Shown: positions 1-15,669 of the stretch, in pieces
Layout of the letters: every line of letters starts with the position of its first letter
How positions within the stretch are numbered: position 1 is the first letter of the stretch
Assembly: GCA_964016885.1 (NCBI GenBank)
Contig: OZ024742.1
Location: 316,386,001-316,450,000, forward strand
DNA from: Eledone cirrhosa
Taxonomy: Eukaryota
Length of the DNA: 64,000 bases
Reading direction: 5' to 3'
The notes under the pieces: generated by a model
Database searches by the model: none
The model's input: only the letters and a program-made list of their open reading frames with translations
What the model was told of the DNA's origin: nothing
Translations under genes and position numbers: made by a program

Positions 1-118
1 TTGAATCAAATAGTAGGGTAGAAAACAGGTATTTCATTGTCTATGAATATTTGGGGAGTGTCCTTATATCTCTTTCATACAGGATCACATTCAGCGGAAA
101 TAATTATATATATATATG

Positions 119-151
<33 letters not shown>

Positions 152-154
152 ATA

Positions 155-760
155 TGGTGGCTGCCAACTCGTTTTCGAGTACGGCCACTACTTTATATCC
201 ATGTAGGAGAACCCCTACCGAAGCGCTGAACGAGTGTGACTTTTTAGTCCAGCCAGCGACTTGAAAACTCTGGTACAAACACTACACTTGTGACAATTAT
301 TGACACATAGTGCTGGGCCCATGGTACCATGTGAGGACAAGTGCAGAGAGATCTCCAGATATAAAGCAATGCCTGTGCCGTGAAGCTTTTATAGTGAGCA
401 AAGGCACTGCACAAAGCCAGTCCCACTCTCTTAACCAAGATGATATTTACCAAAAAGAAGAACAAGTCAACATCATTGGATACCATCAGGGTTGCAGGTG
501 TTATATCAGAGTTTTCCTTCTCCTAGAATTCTGCCTTGACAAAGGCTAAGGGGTCATCTCTCCCGGTGATTTTGGATGGCCATTGACTCTTAAGAGCTCC
601 TTTGCCCTTTGACAGGTTTTGTTTTTAGTCCTGCAGGATGTCCAAAGTCACCCTCCTCACCAAGAAACCTTGGTGGGGTTGCCAGTTTAGTCGCCAACGA
701 CCCGACCATGAGACAGGTTGTACTGGGATACATGTTACCAGTAGCACCAACTGGTGACCT

Positions 761-762
<2 letters not shown>
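155..762 (-). mobile_element. Interspersed repeat resembling an RTE-clade 5' region
   Basis: About 400-750 is a diverged reverse complement of 27245-27740 (e.g. gtttagtcgccaacgacccgaccatgagacaggttgtactgggatacatgttaccag vs ctggtaacatgtaacccagtacaacctgtcgcatggtgcggtcgtcggcgactaaac). Flanked by (TA)n. The RTE assignment is inference. Confidence 0.55.
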
Positions 763-822
<60 letters not shown>

Positions 823-1016
823 GATAAATCTACCAAAAGTTTACGGTAGTGTCCAATCCGTATGAAGAACTCAATGTAATCCGGATATCATGGAAAGAAG
901 AGATGCATTCAAAAATCACTTTCGGTGAAAGATAAACGGAATATAGAGTCAAGATAAAATATTAAAAAAATAATGAATAAAACAATGAAACAGTTCCTTA
1001 TATTAAACAAAAAAAG

Positions 1017-1169
1017 TTCATTATTTAACGATCGTTTCTAGGACATATATGTGTTAGAATTGGCATGAATATTCAACAGATCTATGTACAAAATTATACA
1101 AAATTATACAAACTATCAAATAGAATATACATACCAACACATACATATGCCGTCTTCAGAAATAATGAA
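1017..1169 (-). ncRNA. Hammerhead ribozyme (inverted copy of 5095-5247)
   Basis: Reverse complement of the motif at 5095-5247. Confidence 0.7.
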
Positions 1170-1777
1170 ATATATTTATTGATAATAACAACAATTCAAA
1201 ATTACAGGTCTGTTTGGGAACAGAGTTCAAATAGACCAATGAAATACACAAAAATATATCAAGAAAATACAGTTAGATGTGTGTATATATGTAAGTAACT
1301 TCGTTCACAGATATGCATAAAAATGTATGTTCACATGCATACGCATGTCGAAAAAATGTATGTAAATACAAAAATTCAGGGCTAATGTCTCTGTATGTTT
1401 ATAATCTACAGATAAAATACACATACGTATACATACATATATACACTCATATATACACACATATACATACATTCATACACACACATGCATATACACATAA
1501 ACATACACATACCCACGAACATACACACACACATACATACACACATACGTATATATTATTATTATAACTATATGGATATTGAGGCGCACACATAAACACT
1601 GCCACATATACTTACATCTAGATGCAGAACTAAAAATAGGTAAAGGGAGTCAGTAATTACAGAGGGTGTCAGACACAGCCTATTTATAAAAATGTATCTA
1701 TAAATTTAGAAATAAAAAGAAATATATTAAAAGAAATAAACAAGTAAAATATATACTCATACATAAAATACACACCG

Positions 1778-1834
<57 letters not shown>

Positions 1835-2172
1835 TATAGAGACATATACATATACATATATAAACATACACATACACATACATACACACATATATATATA
1901 TACATATACTCACAACACACATATATATACACATATATGTACACACACATACACACATACATACACATACATATATATATACACACATATATATACATAT
2001 ATATATACACACATATATATATACATACACGCACATATATATACACACACACACATACATATACGTATATATACATACACATACACATATCCATGTATAT
2101 ATATACACATACAACCACACGCTCACACACAACTCAGACATACATAAATATAGAGATATACATACACACATA

Positions 2173-2752
2173 TAAATTCTCAGTTAAATTCTCATACTCA
2201 ACAACCAAAAATATAAAACAAAATATAAGTGCCTATAATGCATATAAATGTAAAAAAAACATAAGTATACCACCAATACATAAAACTAACCATAATATCT
2301 CCTCAAATACAGAATTAACGAAAGGTTGTAACTGTAGAAACAAAGCAAACTGCCCATTAAAAGGAAATTGTCTTGTTAACAACATAGTTTATAAATGTAA
2401 AGTTAAAACTAAAGATTCTATTTGCTCATATATAGGAGCTACTTCTAACAATTTTAAGGTAAGGTTTAATACCCACAAACATAGTTTTAAAAATGCCGCA
2501 CTGGCTAATACAACATCTCTAGCAGAAAAAATTAATAGTTATAGAAATAAGAATATAGAATATGATATGACCTGGAGTGTGCTCAAAAGAGCCACCCCTT
2601 ATCAAAATAATAGAAATGAATGTAGATTGTGTTCCCAAGAACTATTTGAAATAATGAAATCTAAGGATATCCTATTAAATAAGCGACAGGAATTAATTAT
2701 ATCGTGTAATCATAAACTGAGAAAAACATTTAAATATTATAAACCTAATTAA
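2173..2752 (+). pseudogene. PLE C-terminal GIY-YIG endonuclease fragment (Naiad-like)
   Basis: [24 protein letters not shown]...[20 protein letters not shown]...WSVL...CRLCSQE...[14 protein letters not shown]. The upstream part of predicted ORF 1937-2752 is microsatellite from the inverted arm. Confidence 0.88.
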
Positions 2753-3600
2753 TAACATATATTTTAGAAATTAATATATAATTTAATTTAAATGTAGTTA
2801 ACCTATAATTTTAATTTAATTAAAATTCTACTACAGATGAGATTAAAAAATATTGTGTAATCATAAATTGTGAAAAACTTTTAAATATTATTAACATAAT
2901 TAATATATACTTTGGAAATTAATTTATAGATTAATTTTAGTTTATTTATCTTTTATTAAAATTCCTTTACAGATGAAATATAACAAAATATCGTGTAATC
3001 AATAACAGAGAAATACTTTTTAATATTATAAACCTAATTAATGTACAATTTAGAAATTAATTTATAAATTAATTTTAATTTAGTTAACCTATAATTTTAA
3101 TTTAGTTAGCTTAAAATTAAAATTCTAATACAGATGGATTGCAGAATATCATGTAATCATAAACTGACAAAAACTTTTAAATATATACCTAATTAATATA
3201 TTCTTTACAAATAAATATATAGATTAATTTTAATTTTTGTTAACCTATAATTATATTCTACTATAGATAAAATACAAAATCTGCTTTAATTATTATAAAC
3301 CTAATTAACATATACTATAGAAATGAATATATAATTTTTAGTTTAGTTAACCTATAATTTATATTCTACTACCGATGAAATACTTGATTTGGTTTTCCCT
3401 ATTACTAAATTCATTTCCTAAAATTGATACCATAATGTTAATATTTTTAATTTAGTTATGCTATAATTAATACTCTACTACTGTTTAACTTCAAAATTCC
3501 GCTTTAAATATTATAAACCTAAGTAGTATACACCTTAGAAATCAATATATTAACTATTTTTAATTTAGTTAACCTATAATTAATAGTCTACTTATATTAA
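2700..3600 (+). repeat. Decaying AT-rich tandem repeat (~100-155 bp units) derived from the PLE ORF end
   Basis: Recurring gtgtaatcataaa...tattataaacctaattaa...gttaacctataatt...ctacagatga, starting near 2701, 2852, 2990, 3147, with partial later units. Confidence 0.8.
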
Positions 3601-3845
3601 AATGCATAATTTTGCCTTCTTTCTTACATTTCCTAATACTGAAACTACTATGTAAACACATATTATGATCTAAATGCAGATTAATATTCTATGTTCCTTG
3701 AAACCTATATTTACTATTTCCCACTAATAATTTTAATCCCCCCCCCCTATAATTATTCGTATTTGTAAGCGTGGATGTATGTATGTTTGGGTGTTTGTAT
3801 GTGAGTATAAAAATACATATGTGCGCATGTAAATTAGTGTGTATG

Positions 3846-3918
<73 letters not shown>

Positions 3919-4435
3919 GTGTGTGTATGTATGTGTATGTGTATATATATTTGTAGAGATGTGTGTATGTATGTGTATATATGTGCATAATTGTCTGACT
4001 GTGTGTATTTATTTATTTTTATATATATATATATGTGTGTGTGTATGTGTGTGTGTATGTGTGTGTGTATATATATTTATATGTATGTATATATCTATAT
4101 ATATATATGTGCGTATGTATATCTCTATATTTATGTATGTCTGAGTTGTGTGTGAGCGTGTGGTTGTATGTGTATATATATACATGGATATGTGTATGTG
4201 TATGTATATATACGTATATGTATGTGTGTGTGTGTATATATATGTGCGTGTATGTATATATATATGTGTGTATATATATATGTATATATATGTGTGTATA
4301 TATATATGTATGTGTATGTATGTGTGTATGTGTGTGTACATATATGTGTATATATATGTGTGTTGTGAGTATATGTATATATATATGTGTGTATGTATGT
4401 GTATGTTTATATATGTATATGTATATGTCTCTATA

Positions 4436-4476
<41 letters not shown>

Positions 4477-5094
4477 CGGTGTGTATTTTATGTATGAGTA
4501 TATATTTTACTTGTTTATTTCTTTTAATATATTTCTTTTTATTTATAAATTTATAGATACATTTTTATAAATAGGCTGTGTCTGACACCCTCTGTAATTA
4601 CTGACTCCCTTTACCTATTTTTAGTTCTGCATCTAGATGTAAGTATATGTGGCAGTGTTTATGTGTGCGCCTCAATATCCATATAGTTATAATAATAATA
4701 TATACGTATGTGTGTGTGTTTGTGTATGTATGTGTGTGTGTATGTTCGTGGGTATGTGTATGTTTATGTGTATATGCGTGTGTGTGTATGAATGTATGTA
4801 TATGTGTGTATATATGAGTGTATATATGTATGTATACGTATGTGTATTTTGTCTGTAGATTATAAACATACAGAGTGATTAGCCCTGAATTTTTGTATTT
4901 ACATACATTTTTTCGACATGCGTATGCATGTGAACATACATTTTTATGCATATCTGTGAACGAAGTTACTTACATATATACACACACCTAACTGTATTTT
5001 CTTGATATATTTTTGTGTATTTCATTGGTCTATTTGAACTCTGTTCCCAAACAGACCTGTAATTTTGAATTGTTGTTATTATCAATAAATATAT

Positions 5095-5247
5095 TTCATT
5101 ATTTCTGAAGACGGCATATGTATGTGTTGGTATGTATATTCTATTTGATAGTTTGTATAATTTTGTATAATTTTGTACATAGATCTGTTGAATATGTATG
5201 CCAATTCTAACACATATATGTCCTAGAAACGATCGTTAAATAATGAA
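5095..5247 (+). ncRNA. Type-I hammerhead ribozyme with a 114-nt stem II region
   Basis: ttcattattt-CTGAAGA-[cggcatatgtatgtgtt...aacacatatatgtccta]-GAAA-cgatcg-TT-aaataatgaa; 10-bp stem I, palindromic stem III. Confidence 0.72.
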
Positions 5248-5297
5248 CTTTTTTTGTTTAATATAAGGAACTGTTTCATTGTTTTATTCATTATTTT

Positions 5298-5339
<42 letters not shown>

Positions 5340-5344
5340 AGAGA

Positions 5345-5930
5345 GAGATGAAGATCATAGCAGTTTTAAACTAGCAAGACTATTATTCAGTAGAGAACTA
5401 CGTGGGATAGTAGAGTGAAAATATAGTAGAGAGTCAGGGCCTGACGACTGAGCTCTTGCCCTTTATGCAGAAAATTCCAGACAGAATATTTGTTTCTGCG
5501 TTGGGAATACGCCGTTTCGTTAGAGGCACGGCCTAAGGTGATTGACATGTAGAGGTAGTGTAGTGGATAAGCGGTTAGGAAAAGGGTTTTGGCCCCTTGA
5601 AAGCCAATATTGTAGGTTCTAACCCATACACACGCCAAACCACACATTTTAATATTTTAGTGATAACATAAAACGGCAATATTTCCCATGACATTTACCA
5701 GGATCTACAACATTGTTAAAATACCCACCCTCGTAATGGGAGGTGGAAGCAAGGATTCATTCGCCGATGCAGAATGTTATAGTGCGTCAAAATAACGAGT
5801 TATCCTCAGACTGGAGACCTCATCCGAAAGACTGTGTCTCTCATCATCCTCGACAGACAGACACAACATACCTCTTCATACATGGATCCAGATACATACC
5901 ATTTTAGAATGATATGGGGGATCAAATATA
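5345..5930 (-). mobile_element. Old PLE 3'-end fragment with degenerate hammerhead (5438-5528)
   Basis: Similar to the tails and gagctc-loop stem III at 22248-22445 and 62341-62537. Minus strand reads gcct-ctaacga...taaa-gggc...gtcg-tc-aggc. Confidence 0.5.
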
Positions 5931-6249
5931 TATATATATATATATCTAATAGAGAATTTGTTGGTATTTAAATCAGGAAAAAAGTTACACATCTCGAACA
6001 CCATATTGCTTATGTTTTAAACATTTTCCTAGCCTCATCAGTTTCGGCTTTGTTTGTTTATGAATACATTTTACAATGTAGTTGAAATCTACAAGCATTA
6101 TAAGATTGTGAACAGATACACCAGGTACACGTTGTTCATAGAGAAGAGAAGAACTCGTGGAGAGACACAGGGAAAGTTGCAGAGTCTGACTGGAAGAACA
6201 GCTTGATGCAATTCCAATATTAACTTACAGTCATCTATAGAGAGTACAT

Positions 6250-6567
6250 AGCAACAACAATAACAACAACAACAACTACTACTACTACTACTGCTACTAC
6301 TACTACTACTGCTGCTGCTGCTACAGTAATAATAATGATAACAGCAGCAAGCGGACAGGTGAAGAAGAAGAAGAAGAAAAAGAAGAAGAAAAAGAAGAAG
6401 AAGAAGAAGAAGAAGAAGAAGAAGAAGAAGAAGAAGAAGAAGAAGATTAATTGGGAGCAGTATTGGCATTGATAAACCACATGCACACATATGGTATACG
6501 GGAGAGAAAGCGATATATTGATAGATAGATAGAATGAGAGAGAGAGAGCGAGAGAGATAGAATGAGA

Positions 6568-6599
<32 letters not shown>

Positions 6600-6610
6600 C
6601 AGAGAGGAGA
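6250..6610. repeat. Compound microsatellites (CAA/CTA/CTG/GAA/GA)n
   Basis: Directly visible. Confidence 0.95.
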
Positions 6611-7769
6611 AACGTTTGCGGTTACACAGAAAGTGGTGGCGTATTTAAATGCTTAATTTAGCTAGTTTGTTGCCTCAGGTCTAATTCTGTCTTTCATCTG
6701 TGTGAGATCGATCAAATGCGCATCGTTAACATACTATAATTCGTAACATTGATTAAATGGCTTATATTCTTTCTCTTTTCTTCAATGAATCTTACATGGA
6801 GGTGATATGCGTACATGTATACATATATATATACATAAATATATATATAAATATATACATACACATACATAATATATACATACATACACAGATGTATACA
6901 TTCATTAGTTCACGCAGGCAAACATACATATATGTATATATATATATATGTGCATGCATCCATACATATATACATCTATAAATATATACATTGATACACG
7001 TATGCATGAATACATACATAAATACATACATAACTACATACAAACCTGCATATCTACAGTAAGATAGAAAGATAGATATGCATTCATAAATACATAAATG
7101 ATAGATTTTGTTTCAGAATTATGTAATAAATATGATGGCCCTCACAAACTGCACATGTGCATAAAAGAAAGAGTGCATTTATAAAAATGCTTACTCCGAT
7201 AAAAACAACTAAAGAGATGTGACTACTAGTAATATCAAACCGAGAGTACAGCCTGAAGATTTAGGATTTAAGAAGCGTCCTGATTAATAAACTAAATCAA
7301 GACCTGAGGTACACGGATGGAATTATTTATCACTACAAGTATACTCCTGCTGCGTTTCTTCACACAAACTAGCGCTTGAAACATGAGTCCATCTTTATTT
7401 TGTTTCGCTTAGAACAAAGTTAGTTTGAACTCAATTTTCTTGATAGCAGGTTTTAATCCGGAAATGTGGAAATGGAAATTAATATTATAAACCATTTCTC
7501 TTGCTTGGTTTGGTTTTCGTTTTGCTTCTGTTCTCACCTCGGTATCACTAGTTTGAATAGTAGTTGCTTTCTTAGACTCTATTACTATATATCACTATGG
7601 GTTATACAAACTACACCCACAACACACAAACATAAATACATACAAACATACACATACATAAATGCATACATACACATACATACATGCACACACATACATA
7701 AATACATACATGCACACACACTAACGTAACAGAAAACCATGCACGGATACACATGCTCTACAGAAAATA

Positions 7770-8730
7770 AATGTTAAACAGTAAATCCCCAGGCCTAGAC
7801 CTGATACTAGTTGAAGAATTTCACCTTTTATTGGCGAGATCTCTTACGGTTGCATGGAGAAAGCATGAAGAGTACACAAGAACTGCCAATACACGCCACC
7901 CATAAATAGCCAAACTACTCTTGTTAAAAATTACCACCCAATAGCCTGCTAACATATCACGTACACATTTTACACTGGGTACCTTAATCTGTTCTTGGAG
8001 GAACATTGTGCTACCAACAACATTATAACACATGAACAAGCTGACGGAGAGAAGGAATTGTGGGGAATTATTGAGCAGTTACTAATTAACAAAATGTTGC
8101 TGAAAAATAGTGGAGAATCGTAGGAACTTGATTGTAGTGTGGCTGGACTACCAGAAGGCCTTTGATAGTATACCACATCGGTGGATTATCAAAGCTTTAT
8201 AGTTAGCCAAAGTTCCACAACCACTAGTAACTGCTATCGAACGCCTGACCAAAACTTGGTACACCACTTTGTTTCTCAGTGTTGACAGACAAGGAACAAA
8301 ATGAGTCTGATAAAATTCAGAGTGACAGCTTATCACTGATGCCTTTCGTCCTCTCATGAAACACAAAATCATACCTGTTCACAAAATATAGTGGCAATAG
8401 AAAAGATTCAGAAATATTTCCTATTTCTTCTTTGTCGATGATCTGAGATTATATGGGCCAAATATCAACCACATAAAAAGACAATTAGAACTCATTATGC
8501 AATTTTATACAGACATTGAAATAAAATTTGGTGGGTCCAAATGCACATTTTTGACATGGCAAAGTTCTACCCGCTCTGAAAACCTAAACATGAACGGCTT
8601 GACAACACCACCTCTACAGTCAAATGACAACTAAAGGTACCTTGGGCAGGATGTGAATGGACCCACAAAGAAGGGGAGGACCAGAAATGAAAACCCCAGG
8701 AGAGTAAAGAGAATATGGCGATCAGAACAC
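7770..8730 (+). pseudogene. Decayed non-LTR reverse transcriptase, R4/Dong-like
   Basis: Frameshifted translation: NYHPIAC...EEHCATNNIITHEQ...EQLLINK...VWLDYQKAFDSIPHRWII...FFVDDLRLY...IKFGGSKC...YLG. Confidence 0.75.
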
Positions 8731-8764
8731 TCAAATTTAATTTCTCATGATATCATGATAAAAA

Positions 8765-9090
8765 TAAATCTATTTCATAATGAAAATCAATGACAAAGAA
8801 CAAGGTTGTTCTAAATGTCACATGAAAATGATTGTTTTCGTATCTTCCTGTATACAGAAGAGAGTTTACAAATGAGATTTAGCGGAAATGTTCTGTCATT
8901 ACGTCTATTTCATTATATTGTATTATATCATATTATAATATGGCAACAGACTTCATCGAAAGAGAAAAGTTCAAAAGTACATTGTGCAAATAAGATTTAA
9001 TATAAAGAAATAAAGCAACAATATATTCTAGAAAGTCAATTATATGATATATAAACTATTATAGTTTTTGATACGAGAATGATATATTCA
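8765..9090 (+). repeat. Diverged ~300-bp direct duplication, copy 1
   Basis: Colinear with 13378-13670 (ttctaaatgtcacat, tagcggaaatgttctgt, tgtgcaaataagattt, aaagtcaattatatga). Confidence 0.8.
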
Positions 9091-9524
9091 ACATTTTCAA
9101 TGTCTATTTCATTTGTCATAGTTTCTTTTAATATTATTCTTTTAACAGTTTTACTTGTTCCAGTCATTGGACTCTGGTCATGCTAGGGCACCACTTTCAA
9201 CGTTTTGAGTCGAAAATATTGACCCCTCTATTATGTTCGGCCGGGTACAAATTTGATCGATATCTATTTGTCAATCTAGTAAGTTATAAGTCATAAAAAA
9301 ATTATGGTTTCTTATATAGACACAAGGCCAGCGTGAAACTAAATTCAGAGGGAAACCCACACAGATATACATACACACAAATATCACGCACTCGTGCACA
9401 TACATATGAATGCACACATACACACACATATCTATATATACATATATATCTGGTTGACGTGAAAAGTAATGAGAAATTTGAAATTTGAAATGTAGTCGCC
9501 CCAATGTAGGTGCTTATAATAATA

Positions 9525-10375
9525 AAGTTTCTACTTTAGGCACTAGGCCAGAAATTTGAAGGGAAGGGGAAAGTCGATTAAATCTACCCCAGTGCATTAC
9601 TGTTACTTTATTTTATCTACCCCGTAAGAATGAAAGGCAAAGCTAATCTCAGTGGGATTGGAACACAGAACGTAAAGGGCCGAAATTCTATGCCATTAAG
9701 CATGGTGTCCGGTGCTCAACTGATACCACTAATCCACCGTCCTAGATGATTATAATAATGATTTATAGTATAGGCACAAGGCCAGTAGTTTTTTTTTGGG
9801 GGGAAGTCAATTAAATCGACCCCAGTACGGAACTGGTGCTTTATTTTATCGACCCCGTAAGGATGAAAGGCAAAGTTAACCTCGGCGGGATTTGAACTCA
9901 GATCATAAAGGGCCGTAACTCTATGCTGCAAAGCATGGCGTCCAACCCTCTACCGATACTGCCAATAACAACCGATCATTATATCGGTGGATTGGGAGTA
10001 TCGGTAGAGGGTCGGACGCCATGCTTTGACGCATAGAGTTACGGCCCTTTCCATTCTGAGTTCAAATCCCGCCGAGGTTAACTTTGCCTTTCATCCTTAC
10101 GGGGTCGATAAAATAAAGTACCAGTCATGTACTGGATATTTGCTGGCCTTGTGCCAAAAGTAGAAACAATTATATATAATAGGGCGGTGAATTGGCAGTA
10201 TCGGTAGAGGGTCGGACGCCATGCTTTCCAGCATAGTTACGTCCCTTTACGGACTGAGTTCAAATCCCGCCGAGGTTAACTTTGCCTTTCAACCTTTCGG
10301 GGTCGATAAAATAAAGTACCAGTAATGTACTGGGTAATTGCTGGCCTTGTGCCAAAAGTAGAAACAATTATATAT
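9525..10375. mobile_element. Cluster of four tRNA-derived SINEs (two minus, then two plus, head to head)
   Basis: Consensus tggcagtatcggtag...gagttcaaatccc (A/B boxes)...tttgcctttcatccttacggggtcgataaaataaagtaccag...tgctggccttgtgccaaaagtagaaacaatt. Confidence 0.9.
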
Positions 10376-10675
10376 AATAGTTGAGAAAATCGGGTAAAAT
10401 ACCCATCAGGATGGGAAAAGGGAACAGAAGTGCCTACAACTAATCGAAGCCCGTATTTCAGAGGTGCGCTTCGAAAGTATTAACCATCACGTGGTCTTTT
10501 AGAAGATATTAAGCCTGCCTCAAGAGATAATTTACCGATTTCTACTGCTAATAATATTACTTCTGTGTTGAGACTATCTTTGAAATCTCAAAGTTCCCCA
10601 AAGCTTCGCAATCCCCACGGATGTTTATACCTCAAGCAACATTATCTAAAGTCATACCTTAGCAGATGTCATACA

Positions 10676-10830
10676 ATAATTGTTTCTACTTTTTGGCACA
10701 AGGTCAGCAATTACCCAGTGCATTACTGGTACTTTATTTTATCGACCCCATAAGGATGAAAGGCAAAGTTAACCTCGGCGGGATTTGAACTCAGAATGGC
10801 AAGGGCCGTAACTCTATGCGTAAAAGCATA
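10676..10830 (-). mobile_element. SINE, same family
   Basis: Reverse complement of the SINE consensus. Confidence 0.88.
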
Positions 10831-11010
10831 TACTTTTGTTGCAGCTGGTGCTGCTGCTGTTGTTGTTGTTGTTGCTTAGTCTCAGATTAACCCAAGTCAA
10901 TGCCCTGGATGTTCTATTTTCAAAGACATTAGAGACTTTACCATCCCGCTGTTAGGGATATTTTGTACAATATTTAAAATATACAACTTTTCACATATAT
11001 ATACACACAC

Positions 11011-11304
<294 letters not shown>

Positions 11305-11315
11305 GTATATATATG

Positions 11316-11622
11316 TAGGAGGTGAGTTTTGTAGTACAATAAAGCAATGCAAATACCGGATAAGTAGCACTCTACAGTTTGTAGGACTGGAGTATAAATA
11401 ATATAAGATCAAAAGATGGTTAAAAGAGTTCCAAGTATGGTTCAAAAACAAATGTTGATTTAAAACTTTACTATTCACAAGTGTTTTTTAACCTTCATAT
11501 CATGTATCCCTATTTTATCTGATGAAAACGCAGATATCATCTCATGATGATATTTGTTTTTGAAATGCGCATAATAAAATACTTGGAACTCTTTTAACCA
11601 TCTTTTGATCATATATTATATG
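11316..11622. mobile_element. PLE 3'-end island with inversion (family of 12911-13128 and 33273-33697)
   Basis: Minus arm 11316-11438 carries the tail; the plus arm carries the ribozyme. Near-identical to 33273-33697. Confidence 0.85.
11511..11581 (+). ncRNA. Type-I hammerhead ribozyme
   Basis: tattttat-CTGATGA-[aaacgcagatatcatc tcat gatgatatttgttttt]-GAAA-tgcgca-TA-ataaaata. Confidence 0.85.
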
Positions 11623-11750
11623 TATATATATATATGTGAAAAGTTGTATATTTTATATATTGTACAAAATATCCCTAACAGCGGGATGGTAAAGTCTCTA
11701 ATGTCTTTGAAAATAGAACGTCCATATATATATATATATATATATATATA

Positions 11751-13304
<1,554 letters not shown>

Positions 13305-13377
13305 TGTGTGTGTGTGTGTGTCTATGTATGTGTGAGTAACTGTTCTTATTTCAAATTTGACTTCTCTCGGTAAAAGC

Positions 13378-13670
13378 AAATCTAATTTATAAATAAATGA
13401 TTAAAAACAAAACAAAACAATTATTCTAAATGTCACATCAACATGGTTGCTTTCATATCTTCCTGAACACGGAATTTACAAATATAGCCTAGCGGAAATG
13501 TTCTGTGATTATGACAATTCTCTTGTATTATTATAGCCACGGATTTGATCTAAACTGAAACATTTACAAATACTGTGTGCAAATAAGATTTGGTATAAAG
13601 AAATGAAAAGAAAGTTTTCTATAAAGTCAATTATATGAAAATAAACTACTATATTCTGTTATATTCAATA
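13378..13670 (+). repeat. Diverged ~300-bp direct duplication, copy 2
   Basis: See 8765-9090. Confidence 0.8.
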
Positions 13671-14299
13671 TTCATATCGACTATTATCATTTGATTTGTT
13701 TTAAACTTCATTTAATATAATATAAATTTTATCATAAACAGCAGTTCATCAAACTTAATGTCTAGCAGCAATTTGTTTTGACGTCATATGTTTGTAGTTC
13801 AAATTCATCTTTTCTTAACTTTGTATTTCACTCCTTTAATGTCAACAAGATAATTGTACTGATGAGATAATTGCGTCAATCTAATTGATTATGTATCATT
13901 ACTTACGATGTCTGACCATGGGCTTAGTTAAACGTAACTAACATTATCTTAAGCCAGACTTAAGCAAAGTAGTACAGTACCGAAATAGTCGTGTTACAAT
14001 AATTAATCTTGTTGTTGTTGGTTAATTCCAGTTTAATCCTGATCGATTATTGATAAGACCTATACCATATACGTATGTATATGTGGCTTCACATTTTAGT
14101 ATGTTGGGGAGGTAGAGTCTGTAAATTGTACGGATGGCTGGCTAATGAACACGGCTCCGGATTATTGTTTACATAGTAGTAGCGCTGTGTTAGATATGAG
14201 CTAAATATTCTTTTATAGGTTTTAATTGACCAGGGCTAAAGTACGTAGCAAGGAAAGGGAAGGATATCTTGGGAATATAGTTTTAGATATATTATGCAC

Positions 14300-15300
14300 A
14301 TGGCTTCGCAAAGAAAGCCCAACGGAAATTGTTTTCTGGTATTTCCAGCGATTTTGAGTGTTTTAGTTGCGCATTGGTCAATACTAGGGAGGTTGACGTG
14401 CTATATCGTTTACATGATATAAGCAATGTTTATACGCTTTTGAAGTAAACAAAATATTAGATTGCTGGACCTTATTCAATGATGAAGTGGAGAAGGGAAG
14501 TTTTGGAAAAGTTTCATCGAGCAGGTGCAGTATGAAATTAAATGCTTAATCGGACAGGATATATGTAAGTTTTATTTCCCCGCAAAAGTATTGCTTACAA
14601 AATGGTGATATCTGAGAAGCGAGGAATAGGAAGATTTTGTACAGTTATTAGGCATCCATTTCGTTAAAGATAAAAATAGACTGACTGAAATTTGAGAGGC
14701 GTCATTTATTGCCATACGTTGCACAAAGAGGCATATTTTATATAGTGTTTAAGTGTCACCCAATTAGTAGACGTGGATGATAATTTTCTAAACGTTTTCT
14801 GGAGTAGTGTTACTCCTGCACTGTATCTGCTTCTGGAATACTTGGAGGATTATATTATGTGAGCTTTGATGGGTAAAACCAAGTATTCTTAGCCAACTCT
14901 GACAAATAAAGAATGATTACATGTTTGCACCCTGGGAGGATTACTATAAAATCGACAATTATTCTATCATTGAGCTGAATAGGATCCCGGCGAATGAGGT
15001 TGTTTGGTAGTATATGGAGATGTGATGTGGTAGTATGTGGATATGTGAATGCATAGACGGCTGCGGCTTGTTGTATTCAATACTTAAATTACAACAACAT
15101 ATTCATCTGCATTATCGGATGATCAGATTTCCAGTATATCAGTACGAAATATTACTCTATAGATCATTGTATTGGAATTGAGAATATTGCAGTTAGTAGA
15201 AGAGTCAGCAAGTTTTCTCGGTGGAATAGGGTTTAGCTATTCCATTCGAAGCGTTTTTCTCTCTCGAGTACATGTTTACGGTTTAATATATACATTAGAT
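14300..15300 (-). pseudogene. Possible Helitron Pif1-helicase fossil
   Basis: Minus-strand IPRF...YPVRL resembles the helicase C-terminal IPRI...FPVRLAFAMT motif. Heavily decayed. Confidence 0.3.
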
Positions 15301-15669
15301 GGCATATGCTTAATATATTTGTCTATCTTCAATACATGCATCTATGTGAATGTGAGTCTGTGTGTGTGTGTCTGAGTTTAAGTATACATGTATACATGAA
15401 TATTGGGAAGTAAAATATTACTTAGAGAAAATTTCGTTTAGGCTACTTTTGAATGTTTGTAGAATAGCTTAAAGTTATGCATCTACACACACAGACACAC
15501 ACATCTTTAAGCTGATTACCCACACAATGATTACAATCATATGTTAATTATAAACAAGTCATCTGATATAAAACTCAATAAAACTTTCATACTTGCATAC
15601 GTACGAGCACACACACACACATACACACCCACGCATAAACAACACACTTATAAATCTATTTATCTATCT

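Larger units (their letters stand above)
822..5311. mobile_element. 5'-truncated Penelope-like element with a ~1.2 kb inverted pseudo-LTR, in (TA)n
   Basis: 955-2174 is a near-perfect reverse complement of 4104-5311. A GIY-YIG frame lies between the arms. The minus-strand arm has an extra 3' tail (822-955). (TA)n on both sides. Confidence 0.9.

Noticed and set aside
1937-2172. Apparent N-terminal extension of the GIY-YIG ORF
   Set aside because: It is microsatellite from the inverted pseudo-LTR, in frame by chance.
6008-6050. Minus-strand CTGATGA...GAAA; a similar weak case lies near 60355-60395
   Set aside because: Stem I and the NUH geometry do not form properly.
9985-10080. tRNA gene candidates (A/B boxes)
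   Set aside because: These are SINE heads continuing into a shared SINE body; no full cloverleaf is evident.
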